Assembly: GCA_019419545.1 (NCBI GenBank)
Contig: DXZT01000050.1
Span: 35,840-99,839, forward strand
From: Collinsella sp.
Lineage (GTDB): Bacteria; Actinomycetota; Coriobacteriia; Coriobacteriales; Coriobacteriaceae
Direction of reading: 5' to 3'
Length of the DNA stretch: 64,000 bases
Positions 51,281-60,540 of the stretch are shown piece after piece (the first letter of the stretch is position 1; every line of letters begins with the position of its first letter). Under the pieces are notes generated by a model. It was not told the DNA's origin and searched no databases. It saw only the letters and a program-made list of their open reading frames with translations. A program made the translations under genes and the position numbers.

Positions 51281-52198
51281 ATGCGCTGCCTTATCATCCA
51301 CAACCCGGCATCGGGCCCCAGCTCAGATGAAATCTACGCGTTCACGCACGCCCTCGCGCAGGGCGGCGACGAGGTCGTGATGCGTTTTATCGGCGACGGC
51401 ATGGAACCCGAGGACGCCGTGGCAGACGTGCGCGAGTTTGATCGCGTGGTCGTTTCGGGCGGCGACGGCACCGTCTCCAACGTGCTCGATCAGATGCGCG
51501 GATGCGGTGTCCCCACGCTCATCTTCCCCTCCGGTACGGCCTGCCTGTTCTTCAACAACATCGGCAATGCCCCCGAGGCGGCGGCACTTGCCAAGGCCTG
51601 CCGCGCCGGTCGCACGGTCAAAGTGGACATGGGCGAGCTCTTTTGGCTCGACGAGAACGGCAACGAGAAGCGCCACGGCTTTATCATCATCGCCGGCTCG
51701 GGCTTCGACGCCGAGATCATGATGAAGGCCGCCCCCACCAAAAACGACATCGGCGAGATCGCCTACTTCCTCTCCGCGCTCGCCACGCCCAACCCCACGG
51801 TGGCGCACTTTACCATCGAGCATGACGGCATTGTCGAGGAGCTCGATGGCATCTGCTGCATGGCCGGCAACACCTCGGTCATCCAAAACGACATCAACCT
51901 GTTCCCCGATTGCCGCATGAACGACGGCATGGTCGACATCGCGGTCATCGAGCCCGTAAAAACCGTGCAGCTGCTCCCGACCGTGATCGCCGCCGCGCTC
52001 GACCCCGCCGGTAAGGTGCTCGGTCGTCCGCAGTTTAAGATCATCCAGACCAAAGAAGCCAAGATCACCTGCACCCCGTCGCTGGGCATGCAGTTCGATG
52101 GCGAAATCATCTCCAGCAACTCGGGCGTCTTTGGAGCCCGCGCGCTTCCGCAATGCCTCGACCTCATCGACGACGAATTCTCACCACTTGGTAAATAG
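51281..52198 (+). CDS. Diacylglycerol/lipid kinase family protein
   Basis: IHNPASG, SGGDGTV, FPSGTA, GSGFDA, QFDGE. Confidence 0.88.
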   Translation: MRCLIIHNPASGPSSDEIYAFTHALAQGGDEVVMRFIGDGMEPEDAVADVREFDRVVVSGGDGTVSNVLDQMRGCGVPTLIFPSGTACLFFNNIGNAPEAAALAKACRAGRTVKVDMGELFWLDENGNEKRHGFIIIAGSGFDAEIMMKAAPTKNDIGEIAYFLSALATPNPTVAHFTIEHDGIVEELDGICCMAGNTSVIQNDINLFPDCRMNDGMVDIAVIEPVKTVQLLPTVIAAALDPAGKVLGRPQFKIIQTKEAKITCTPSLGMQFDGEIISSNSGVFGARALPQCLDLIDDEFSPLGK

Positions 52199-52207
52199 GA
52201 GGACCCC

Positions 52208-52300
52208 ATGAACGACAATCCCCTGCTCGGCTTTATCGTCATCGTTCTGGCCATGCTCGTCGGCTATGCGATTAACGTGATCCACCGCCGGAAGAAGTAA
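52208..52300 (+). CDS. 30-aa single-TM small protein MNDNPLLGFIVIVLAMLVGYAINVIHRRKK
   Basis: AGGAGG RBS overlapping the kinase stop; hydrophobic core plus basic tail; below the ORF-track cutoff. Confidence 0.7.
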   Translation: MNDNPLLGFIVIVLAMLVGYAINVIHRRKK

Positions 52301-52606
52301 TTCCACATTGGTATGATATTCATCCAATTATCGTCTCCCCTGCTGTTTATGCATTTGCCAAACAGCGGGGGATTTTCATTTCGGGCATTCCCAGCTACTT
52401 TATTCGTCTACAGTAATTGCAGGGCGTCTTTATTAAAGTAAAGCTACAAACTGAGTACAATTAACCGCTCATCGCATATTTCATCACGCTTATCGAGTAG
52501 GTTTCTTTCATAGATGAATATTGTTTCCAATTCGTTACGCTAATGGGGTGTCTTTATTGGCTGAAGCCCTCTGGCGACAGAGGGCTTTCGCACGCTGGGA
52601 GGGAAA

Positions 52607-54535
52607 ATGAGGAAAACTCACCCCGTCAACGCGCTCAAGAAGCTAGGCATAGGCCTCGCCTTTGGAGCTGCAACCATCATGTCCATGCCGACCTCTGCGC
52701 TCGCCTGCACGCAGATGTACATGGGCAAAGACCTAACAGCCGACGGCAACACGTACTACGGCCGCGCCGAGGACTTTGGCAAGCGCTATCTCAAGCACTT
52801 CGGCATCGAACCCTCACATGGTCCCGGCCATATCTACGGCTCAGACGAGTCCGAATTCGCATACACCTCGCCCAATACCACGTATCGCTATAGTTACGTG
52901 CGCGACCATCCTTCGCAGTGGCACGGACGCTGGGATGCCTACTCCGAAGCGGGCATCAATGAGAAAGGTGTATCCTGCTCCGCCACGCTGACCACATACA
53001 TGAATGCAGACGCTAAGGCGGCTGATCCCCTTACCGACACTGGCATTGGCGAGTATAGCTACGGCAGCGTCATCTTGGGCGAAAGCGCTACGGCACGTGA
53101 GGGTGTCGAGCTCCTCGGCAAAATCATCGACGAGCAGGGCGCCTGCGGCAACGATCAGCTCATCATCGCCGATAACAACGAGACCTGGCTGTTCGCCGCG
53201 CTTTCCGGCCACCAGTGGATAGCCATGAAGCTCACCGATGACGTCGCGTCGCTCAACCCCAACATCGGCAACCTCAACTACAAGGTCAATCTCAACGACG
53301 GTGCAAACTGCCTCCACTCCGAGGGCATCGAGTCCATGCCCGTGGAAAAGGGCTTTGCTAAGTACTTTGACGATGGCCAGTTCGACGTTGCCCAGACCTA
53401 TGGTGAAGAAATTAGCGAAAAGGCCATGCATTCTTGGACACGCTATGTCCAGGGCCGTGCCTACTTCGACGCACCGCTTGCCGAGGGCACCGACTATGAA
53501 ATCAAAAAGGACACCAGTAAAAAACCGCGCGCTAAAGTTGGCGCTATGGTAAATGAAATGCAGCCGCTATTCTTCCAGCCCGGTAAGTCCAACTGGAACA
53601 CCTTTGAGATGATTCGCGCGTTTGGCAACCGTGGCGAGAAGGTTCCCGGCCTCAACGCAAACACCGACGGCGCCTACGCCATCGGCACCGAAACCAACAC
53701 CGAGATCAACCTCTTCCAGATTCGTCGCGGCCTTGATCCCGAAGTCGCTACCATCCAGTGGGAGATGCTCTCCCGCGCCGCGTACTCCGTCGCCATCCCC
53801 TTCTACTCCGCTCTGATGACTGAGGTCAGCCCGTACTTCAGCGATCAGACCGTCTCCTTCGATCACTGCGATGAGGCAGACATCGTAAACAACGAGGAGC
53901 CGGAGAACTCCATCAACTACGTCCTCATGGACATCAGCACTCTCTGCTTTGAAAACCCTGACACCCTTGGCGTCGGTGTCCGCGCCTACCTCGACGCGCT
54001 CCAGAATGAGCTCATCGAGCAGAACAAGGAAGTTGACGCCGCCATGCTGGCCGAAACGACCACCGAGGGCCGCACCGCCCTGGCCAACAAGGCCGGCAAT
54101 GCTGCTACCGAGAACACCTACAAGAAGTGCAAGGCTCTGCTCCAGGAGATGCGCGCCTATCAGAAGGCAGGAAACTTTGACCAGCCCTTCACCCCGAGCG
54201 ACCTGAATACCGAGACCAACGGCCTCAAGGAGTCCATCACCTACGCCAAGGACGCCCTTGCCACCGACCCGGTCACCCCGGATCAGCCCGGCACTCCCGA
54301 GCAGCCCGGTACCCCCGAGCAGCCCGCTAAGCCCGAGCAGCCCACCACCAAGCCCGAGAAGCCTGGCAAGTCGGACACCACGACCACGGTAACCACCAAC
54401 AAGACGAACACCAAGGGCGGCCTGCCCACCACCGGTGATCGTTTTGATGGCCGCGTGGTGGCTGCATTCGCCATCGCTGGCGTTGCCGTCATCTCCGCGG
54501 GCGGTTACTTCCTCTACCGTCGCAATAAGGAGTAA
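52607..54535 (+). CDS. Secreted, sortase-anchored C69-family dipeptidase
   Basis: Signal peptide ending ALA-C (Ntn nucleophile CTQMY), GRAED, AGINEKGV, PEQPG repeats, LPTTG plus TM plus RRNKE. Confidence 0.88.
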   Translation: MRKTHPVNALKKLGIGLAFGAATIMSMPTSALACTQMYMGKDLTADGNTYYGRAEDFGKRYLKHFGIEPSHGPGHIYGSDESEFAYTSPNTTYRYSYVRDHPSQWHGRWDAYSEAGINEKGVSCSATLTTYMNADAKAADPLTDTGIGEYSYGSVILGESATAREGVELLGKIIDEQGACGNDQLIIADNNETWLFAALSGHQWIAMKLTDDVASLNPNIGNLNYKVNLNDGANCLHSEGIESMPVEKGFAKYFDDGQFDVAQTYGEEISEKAMHSWTRYVQGRAYFDAPLAEGTDYEIKKDTSKKPRAKVGAMVNEMQPLFFQPGKSNWNTFEMIRAFGNRGEKVPGLNANTDGAYAIGTETNTEINLFQIRRGLDPEVATIQWEMLSRAAYSVAIPFYSALMTEVSPYFSDQTVSFDHCDEADIVNNEEPENSINYVLMDISTLCFENPDTLGVGVRAYLDALQNELIEQNKEVDAAMLAETTTEGRTALANKAGNAATENTYKKCKALLQEMRAYQKAGNFDQPFTPSDLNTETNGLKESITYAKDALATDPVTPDQPGTPEQPGTPEQPAKPEQPTTKPEKPGKSDTTTTVTTNKTNTKGGLPTTGDRFDGRVVAAFAIAGVAVISAGGYFLYRRNKE

Positions 54536-54655
54536 CGTCTTAGCTGAGCGGGCAAGGCAGCAATGGCAGCCTCGCCCGCTCAGCCCGCTCTTTTGACCGG
54601 CGGGAAACCCGCCTGAAATCTTTTTAAAAAAGATTTCCCCGCACACACTTCGCTG

Positions 54656-54664
54656 TGCTATAGT
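54656..54664 (+). promoter_or_regulatory. Extended -10 promoter for the trp leader
   Basis: TGcTATAGT. Confidence 0.55.
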
Positions 54665-54722
54665 GCAGCGCAACAGCAACTAGGTGCGACCGCGCCACGG
54701 CATCACGAAAGGAGCCACCAAC

Positions 54723-54791
54723 ATGAAGAACACGATGAAGTCTCTCAACAACTGGTGGTGGCGTGATGCGAATACGATCGGTCGACAGTGA
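54723..54791 (+). CDS. trpL: Tryptophan leader peptide MKNTMKSLNNWWWRDANTIGRQ
   Basis: GAAAGGAG RBS; three consecutive TGG codons; followed by an attenuator terminator. Confidence 0.88.
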   Translation: MKNTMKSLNNWWWRDANTIGRQ

Positions 54792-54828
54792 GTCCCTCAC
54801 GCCTGTTTTTGCGCTCTAGGTGATTGGA

Positions 54829-54858
54829 AGGCCTCCGGTTTCGACCGGGGGCCTTTTT
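54829..54858 (+). terminator. Attenuator terminator
   Basis: AGGCCTCCGGT-TTCG-ACCGGGGGCCT-TTTT between the leader peptide and trpP. Confidence 0.85.
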
Positions 54859-54935
54859 CTATCTCGAGCCCGATCGCATTCGCATCACGCGCCTCCGCTT
54901 TTCTCTTGCAATCCCCTTCCGAAAGGATTTTCACC

Positions 54936-55508
54936 ATGTCTCAGAACACCACCGCCACCCAGCCCCGCACCGTCCAGACCGCCGATCGCGGCAAACTCGA
55001 TGTCCGCGCCCTCGTCTTGCTCGCCATCCTGCTCGCCGCCGGCTTCATCCTCAACTTCACCGTCGGCAAGGCAATCTCGGGCATCTCGGGCGGCATGATC
55101 AGCCCCGAGTTCATCATCTCGGCCTTCTGCCTCACCATCCTGGTCGTTCGCCCCAACATCGGCCAGGCGCTCGTCATTGGCCTCATCTCGGCTGCCGTGA
55201 TCCAGATCACCACCACTTCGCCGTTCGTCGATTTTGCCGCCGAGGGCATCGCCGCCATGCTCATGGCCGGCATCGTCAACGCCGCCGGCAAGAACGGTCA
55301 GGTCAAGCCCGCCATCGCCATTGTCGCAACCTTCGTGACCACCTTTGTCTCCGGCGTCATCTTCATGGTCATCAAGATGGCCATGCTCGGCGTGGTGGGC
55401 GAGCTCGCCGCCGCCATGTTGCCCGTCGTCGCCATGACCGCCGTCTTTAACGCCATTCTGGTCGGCGCCCTCTACCTGCCCATCCAGAAGGCCCTGAAGC
55501 TCAACTAA
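54936..55508 (+). CDS. trpP: ECF S-component, TrpP-like tryptophan transporter
   Basis: Hydrophobic 190 aa; LVLLAILLAAGFIL...GGMISPEF...ALVIGLISAAVIQITTTSP resembles B. subtilis TrpP from memory; Trp leader upstream. Confidence 0.8.
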   Translation: MSQNTTATQPRTVQTADRGKLDVRALVLLAILLAAGFILNFTVGKAISGISGGMISPEFIISAFCLTILVVRPNIGQALVIGLISAAVIQITTTSPFVDFAAEGIAAMLMAGIVNAAGKNGQVKPAIAIVATFVTTFVSGVIFMVIKMAMLGVVGELAAAMLPVVAMTAVFNAILVGALYLPIQKALKLN

Positions 55509-55552
55509 CCCACAGTGCCCCATCGGTAAAGACTGTCCCAAACAACTAGCTC

Positions 55553-55596
55553 TTGGGGACGTTCTTAAACGACTAGTCATTAAAGAACGTCCCCAA
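55553..55596. repeat. GGGGAC...GTCCCC palindrome (REP-like) within the ECF operon
   Basis: 14-bp perfect arms TTGGGGACGTTCTT / AAGAACGTCCCCAA. Confidence 0.7.
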
Positions 55597-55614
55597 TGAC
55601 TATGAAAGGTATCC

Positions 55615-57366
55615 ATGGAAACGATCATCAACGTCGACGATGTCTCGTTCTCCTATGGCACGCAGACCGAGCAGGCGCTCAGCCACATCTCGCTCAGCGT
55701 GAACAAGGGAGATTTCATCGGCATCATCGGGCCCTCGGGCGCCGGCAAGTCCACGCTTGCCGCCTGCCTGTCGGGTGCCGTGCCCCACCACTACACCGGC
55801 ACGTTCTTTGGGTCCGTCATGGTTGACGGCCACGACACCTGCGAAGCCTCGCTCACCGACGTGTCGCAAATCGTCGGCAGCGTGCTGCAGGATATCGACA
55901 CGCAGATGGTCGCCTCGGTCGTCGAGGACGAGATGCTCTTTGGCCTCGAGAACTTTGGCGTTCCCCACGACCAGATCGAGCAGCGCGTGAGCGAAACGCT
56001 CGAGACCGTCGGCATCAGCGACCTGCGCGACCGCGAGATCGCCACCCTCTCGGGCGGACAGAAGCAAAAGGTAGCCATCGCCGCCATCCTCGCCATGCGT
56101 CCGCGCGTCTTGGTTCTCGACGAGCCCACCGCGGCACTCGACCCCGCCAGCTCCACGTTGGTCTTCGAGACGCTGCGTGAGGCAAACCGCACACTTGGAA
56201 TCACCATCGTCGTCGTTGAGCAAAAGGTCGCCCTGCTCTCGGAGTACTGCAACCGCGTGCTCGTGCTCAACCATGGCGAAATCGCGCTGCAGGGCGAACC
56301 ACACGAGGTCTTCGCGCATACCGACGAGCTCCGTGCCATCGGCGTCGACTGCCCTCGCGTCACGCGTATCTTCAATAGCCTCGAGGCCGATGGCCTGGTA
56401 AGCGGTACCCCTTGCTTGGATGTCGATGAGGCCGAGCGCCTGATTTCGGGCATCGTCGACCCCGCACACGCGGCCAGCGAAGCCCAGGCGCCCGCCGGCT
56501 CACCGCACGCACCGTCGTTGCGCCCTCATGCCAAGGACGCCGAACCCGTACTCACCTTCGACCATGTTGAGTTTGCCTATCCCAATGGCGGCGCCGCCGT
56601 ACACGACCTCAACCTGACGCTCTATCCCGGCGAGCTCGTGGGCATCGTCGGCCAAAACGGTGCCGGCAAGACCACGCTCACCAAGCTGCTCACAGGCCTG
56701 CTCAAGCCCGCCTCGGGCAGCGTGCGCGTCACGGGACTGGATACCGCGGCCGTTCCCACGAGCCGCATCGCCCGCGAAGTCGCAACCCTCTTCCAAAACC
56801 CCGACCGCCAGATCTGCAAGGATACCGTACTCGACGAGGTCGCTTTTGGCCTGGAGCTTGCCGGCATCGACCGTGCCGAGGCTCTGCGTCGCGCTCGACT
56901 CGTTATCGACCGCTTTGGCCTGCCTGCCGATGAGGCACCTTTCTCGCTTTCGCGCGGCCAGCGACAAATGGTGGCGCTTGCCTCCGTCGTAGTGGTTGAG
57001 CCCAAGATCGTCGTGCTCGACGAGCCCACGAGCGGCCTTGATTACCGCGAGTGCATGACCGTCATGGAAACGGTGCGCACCATGGCCGAGCGCGGCTGCG
57101 CCGTTATCATGGTCTGCCACGATATGGAAGTCGTCTCGGATTTTGCCGAGCGCATTGTGGTAATGGCCGACGGTAGCATCCTCGACCGCGGCCGCACGCA
57201 CGAGCTATTCTCGAACATCGATCTCATGCAGCGTGCCCATGTTGAGCCGCCCCAGGTTATTGAACTCTCGCGCCGTCTGGCATCTTCCGTCTCGCCCGCT
57301 TTTGCGCAGGTGAGCGAGGTCACCGATGTCGTTCGCATTACCAAGGAGATGGTCCGCCGTGGTTAA
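55615..57366 (+). CDS. ecfA: ECF transporter fused double ATPase (AA')
   Basis: Two Walker A motifs (GPSGAGKST, GQNGAGKTT), LSGGQKQK / LSRGQRQ, two LDEPT. Confidence 0.93.
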   Translation: METIINVDDVSFSYGTQTEQALSHISLSVNKGDFIGIIGPSGAGKSTLAACLSGAVPHHYTGTFFGSVMVDGHDTCEASLTDVSQIVGSVLQDIDTQMVASVVEDEMLFGLENFGVPHDQIEQRVSETLETVGISDLRDREIATLSGGQKQKVAIAAILAMRPRVLVLDEPTAALDPASSTLVFETLREANRTLGITIVVVEQKVALLSEYCNRVLVLNHGEIALQGEPHEVFAHTDELRAIGVDCPRVTRIFNSLEADGLVSGTPCLDVDEAERLISGIVDPAHAASEAQAPAGSPHAPSLRPHAKDAEPVLTFDHVEFAYPNGGAAVHDLNLTLYPGELVGIVGQNGAGKTTLTKLLTGLLKPASGSVRVTGLDTAAVPTSRIAREVATLFQNPDRQICKDTVLDEVAFGLELAGIDRAEALRRARLVIDRFGLPADEAPFSLSRGQRQMVALASVVVVEPKIVVLDEPTSGLDYRECMTVMETVRTMAERGCAVIMVCHDMEVVSDFAERIVVMADGSILDRGRTHELFSNIDLMQRAHVEPPQVIELSRRLASSVSPAFAQVSEVTDVVRITKEMVRRG

Positions 57367-58105
57367 CGTCATCGACTACATGCCAGGCGATACGCTGCTG
57401 CATCGCCTGAACCCCGTCGTCAAATTGGGCCTCGCCGCCGCCATCATCGTCGGCATCTTCTTGTCCGACACCTACGTGGCGCTGCTGGGCTTTTTGGTGC
57501 TCACCCTTGCGCTGGGTGCCTATGCCGGCGTCGTCGACCGTCTGTTCTCGCTGCTCAAGTTGCTGATTCCGCTCGCGCTTATCATGCTGGTGCTCCAGCT
57601 TGCCTTTATGCGCGATGGCAACGTTGTGTGGGGCTTTATCACCGACACGGGCCTCATCACAGGATCGAAGGCCTGTCTGCGCCTGCTGGGTGTGGCGTTA
57701 CCGCTCATCCTCATGCTCATGGTGACCAAGCTCAACGACCTTGCCAACGCCTGCGTCGAGGTGCTGCACGTACCGTATCGCTATGCCTTCACCTTTACCA
57801 CGGCGCTGCGCTTTGTGCCGGTGTTTGGTCAGGAGATGAACGCCATCATGGAAGCGCAGACCGCGCGCGGCGTCGAGTACGACACCAAGAACCCTATCAA
57901 GAAGCTTAAGCTCATGCTGCCACTGTGTGTGCCGCTGCTCATCTCGAGCGTGGGCAAGACCGATGCCACGGCCTTGGCGGCAGAACAGCGCGGCTTCTAT
58001 CTGCGCACGCGCGCCAGCTCGTACAAGCGCTACCCCATCAAGGGCCTGGACATCGCCGTACTCATCGTCAGCATCGCCCTCATCGCCATCGGCTTCCTGT
58101 TCTAG
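57359..58105 (+). CDS. ecfT: ECF transporter T component
   Basis: LHRLNPVVK, ALRFVP, AQTARG and AAEQRGF motifs; GTG overlaps the ATPase stop. Confidence 0.92.
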   Translation: MVNVIDYMPGDTLLHRLNPVVKLGLAAAIIVGIFLSDTYVALLGFLVLTLALGAYAGVVDRLFSLLKLLIPLALIMLVLQLAFMRDGNVVWGFITDTGLITGSKACLRLLGVALPLILMLMVTKLNDLANACVEVLHVPYRYAFTFTTALRFVPVFGQEMNAIMEAQTARGVEYDTKNPIKKLKLMLPLCVPLLISSVGKTDATALAAEQRGFYLRTRASSYKRYPIKGLDIAVLIVSIALIAIGFLF

Positions 58106-58133
58106 TTCGCCACCGACAGCAACCGCCCAACGC

Positions 58134-58171
58134 AAAAGGCCTCGGCTCGCACCAAACGAGCCGAGGCCTTT
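58134..58171. terminator. Bidirectional terminator
   Basis: AAAAGGCCTCGGCTCG...CGAGCCGAGGCCTTT between convergent genes. Confidence 0.8.
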
Positions 58172-58230
58172 ATTGTTTCACCAGATAAAACCTACCAAAA
58201 TTAACCTGTCCCTTTTTGACGGGTCGGAAG

Positions 58231-58977
58231 CTAGAGGCGGTAGGGGACGCCGCTGCGGATGATGGATTCGCGCACCAGGACATCCATAGCATCGAGGGTG
58301 ATCTCGGGCATCTCTCGATACTTCTGCAGCACCGATAGCTCGGTGCAGGCCAGAATGACACGGTCGCAGCCGCTACGGGCGAACTCCCACATCACGCGGT
58401 CGAACTTATCCATATCGGGCTCACGTCCGGCTTTCACATCATCGTAGATAAGCGACATCACATCGTTCTGACGTTTCTCGCTGGGATAGACAACCTCAAC
58501 ACCCGCAGCCTCGCATTCGCAGCCGTAGACGCCCGCGCCCACGGTTCCGTCGGTGCCCATGATGCCAATCTTGTGCACCGGCTCGGCCGGCATACTCAGG
58601 TTGGGGTCGAACTCGCACTCCCCCATCACCGCACCCGCAAGGGCATAGCGCACCGACTCACGCGGCATGTGGATAATCGGCACCTTCGTAAACGACTGGA
58701 TCTGGTCGTAGAAGTAGTGCGACGTGTTGCAGGGAATGGCAATGTGTGCACAGCCCAGCGACTCGAGTGCCTGGGCACACTCTTTCATGGTCGCCAGCAG
58801 CTTGGCATGCTCGCCGGTCTTAATGGCAAGCGTGCGGTCGGGCATGGTCGACTTGGAGAGCACCACCATGTCGATATGTTCCTGATCGCAGGCAGCAGCC
58901 GTATGGCGCACCACCTGGTCGTAGTAATACGACGTGGCCTCGGCGCCCATGCCGCCGATAACTCCCAGCTTTTCCAT
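58231..58977 (-). CDS. racD: Aspartate racemase
   Basis: LGVIGGMG, DQEHI, PDRT, PCNTSH and ACTELS two-cysteine motifs; AAGGAGG RBS. Confidence 0.88.
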   Translation of the reverse strand: MEKLGVIGGMGAEATSYYYDQVVRHTAAACDQEHIDMVVLSKSTMPDRTLAIKTGEHAKLLATMKECAQALESLGCAHIAIPCNTSHYFYDQIQSFTKVPIIHMPRESVRYALAGAVMGECEFDPNLSMPAEPVHKIGIMGTDGTVGAGVYGCECEAAGVEVVYPSEKRQNDVMSLIYDDVKAGREPDMDKFDRVMWEFARSGCDRVILACTELSVLQKYREMPEITLDAMDVLVRESIIRSGVPYRL

Positions 58978-59061
58978 CGCCGCCTCCTTGGTGACGCTTG
59001 CGCAATTGCGCGTATCATACCCGCGCCCGCCCGATGTAAACCGGACGGGCGCCGCACTCAT

Positions 59062-60318
59062 CTACTTGTAATACGTCTTGAACAGCTTAAAGTGGCGCAG
59101 CTTGGTGTGCCACATGCGCAGCCAGCGGTTAAAGACAAAGTCGCCCTTCATAAACGAAGGGTCGGCGCCCTTGCCTTCCTTGTCCAGACGATGCACCTTA
59201 GCGCGCAGCTCGGGATCCTTGACGTACTTGTCGACGACGCCCATGGGAACGACCATCCACAGCGCCTCGTCCTGCGCCGTCACAAACTCCGGCTCAAACG
59301 GGCGGTTGAACACATACTCGTCCACCACATACTTGGCAACGTTAAAGCCGCTGTTAGTGACGTAGTAGTTGCTGCGACCTTGGCGCGTGTTGAAATCGAA
59401 GAACTTAAACGAGCCGTCGCGCTCGTCGTACTTAACGTCAAAGTTGGAATAGCCCACAAAGTGAAGGTCCTCGAGCAACTTGCGCACGCCGCCCATGAGC
59501 TCGTCATTGGGCTCGGTGATGATACAGGCGTGGTTGCCGACACCGTGAGGCTGATGCTCCTCGAGCAGCACGTGACCCAGGCACATCATGCGCACCTTGC
59601 CGTTGCGGTCGGAATAACTGGTGAGCACGCGCATGTACTCGTCATTGCCGGGCACGCGATCCTGCAAGATCAGGTCGTCGGTGTAGCCGCTGGCATACGA
59701 GTCGCGAATGACCTGTTCCAGCTCGGCACGGTCGGCAATCTCATAGGCCTTTTTCTGGCCCTCGAACTCGCGCTGCCACCACATGATGCCGTCAGAAGGC
59801 TTCAGAATCATCGGGTAGGGAAAATCGATCTGGTCGAGCACTTCGGCAGGCGCCTCGCCTTGGGCGTTCAGCATCGCCATGGTGAAGGTAAAGGTATGCG
59901 GATAGGGCACGCCATGCTTCTCGCACAGCTCGTAGAAGATCTCCTTCTTCTGACACTGCTCAAGCATGCTATAGGGAGCGTAAGGCGCGACGATGTTATC
60001 CGCCAACTCATGGGCATCCTTGGCCTGAGCCACGAGGGCAACATAGTTATCGCCACAGCCCACAAGGACAATCGTCTTATCGGCATGCGCTTGGGCAATG
60101 CCGTTGACGGTCCTGAGCATCACGGACATGGTATCGATATCCACGTTGGGCGTGTAGTCGATAATCTGGCTGCGGTACGCGGGACCCGTCTGATACTTGC
60201 CAAAGACCAGACTCTTGACCTGGTACTCCTCATAGAAGGCGCGCGCCACCGAATAGGCGTTGATGTCGCCACCGAGCAGCACGGGAATGAACTCGCGCTC
60301 TGTAAACTGCAATGCCAT
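59062..60318 (-). CDS. ATP-grasp D-aspartate ligase (Asl family)
   Basis: PVLLGGDINAYSVARAFYE, YPMILKP, ILQDRVPGND, GYSNFDVKYDERDG, NTRQGRSNYYV; adjacent racemase. Confidence 0.82.
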   Translation of the reverse strand: MALQFTEREFIPVLLGGDINAYSVARAFYEEYQVKSLVFGKYQTGPAYRSQIIDYTPNVDIDTMSVMLRTVNGIAQAHADKTIVLVGCGDNYVALVAQAKDAHELADNIVAPYAPYSMLEQCQKKEIFYELCEKHGVPYPHTFTFTMAMLNAQGEAPAEVLDQIDFPYPMILKPSDGIMWWQREFEGQKKAYEIADRAELEQVIRDSYASGYTDDLILQDRVPGNDEYMRVLTSYSDRNGKVRMMCLGHVLLEEHQPHGVGNHACIITEPNDELMGGVRKLLEDLHFVGYSNFDVKYDERDGSFKFFDFNTRQGRSNYYVTNSGFNVAKYVVDEYVFNRPFEPEFVTAQDEALWMVVPMGVVDKYVKDPELRAKVHRLDKEGKGADPSFMKGDFVFNRWLRMWHTKLRHFKLFKTYYK

Positions 60319-60540
60319 GGAAACTTCCTATCATGAACTGCCCACACAACGGGCGGTCTTTGCGCAACTGATTTATTCTAGCGTGCCAAACCGCCGGCGC
60401 CCAAAGCTCCACCGTATCTATGGCAATCGACGCAATCGTCCAGCACGAAGACGGCGCTCACCGTTGTATGACAATGGGCAATGAACCTACCATTGTTGTA
60501 GGATTCAGCGTATTGACATCCTCAAACGAAAGGCGCGCAC

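Noticed and set aside
54280..54370. Tandem 18-nt repeats resembling an array
   Set aside because: They encode the PEQPGT linker of the surface peptidase; no spacers, so not CRISPR
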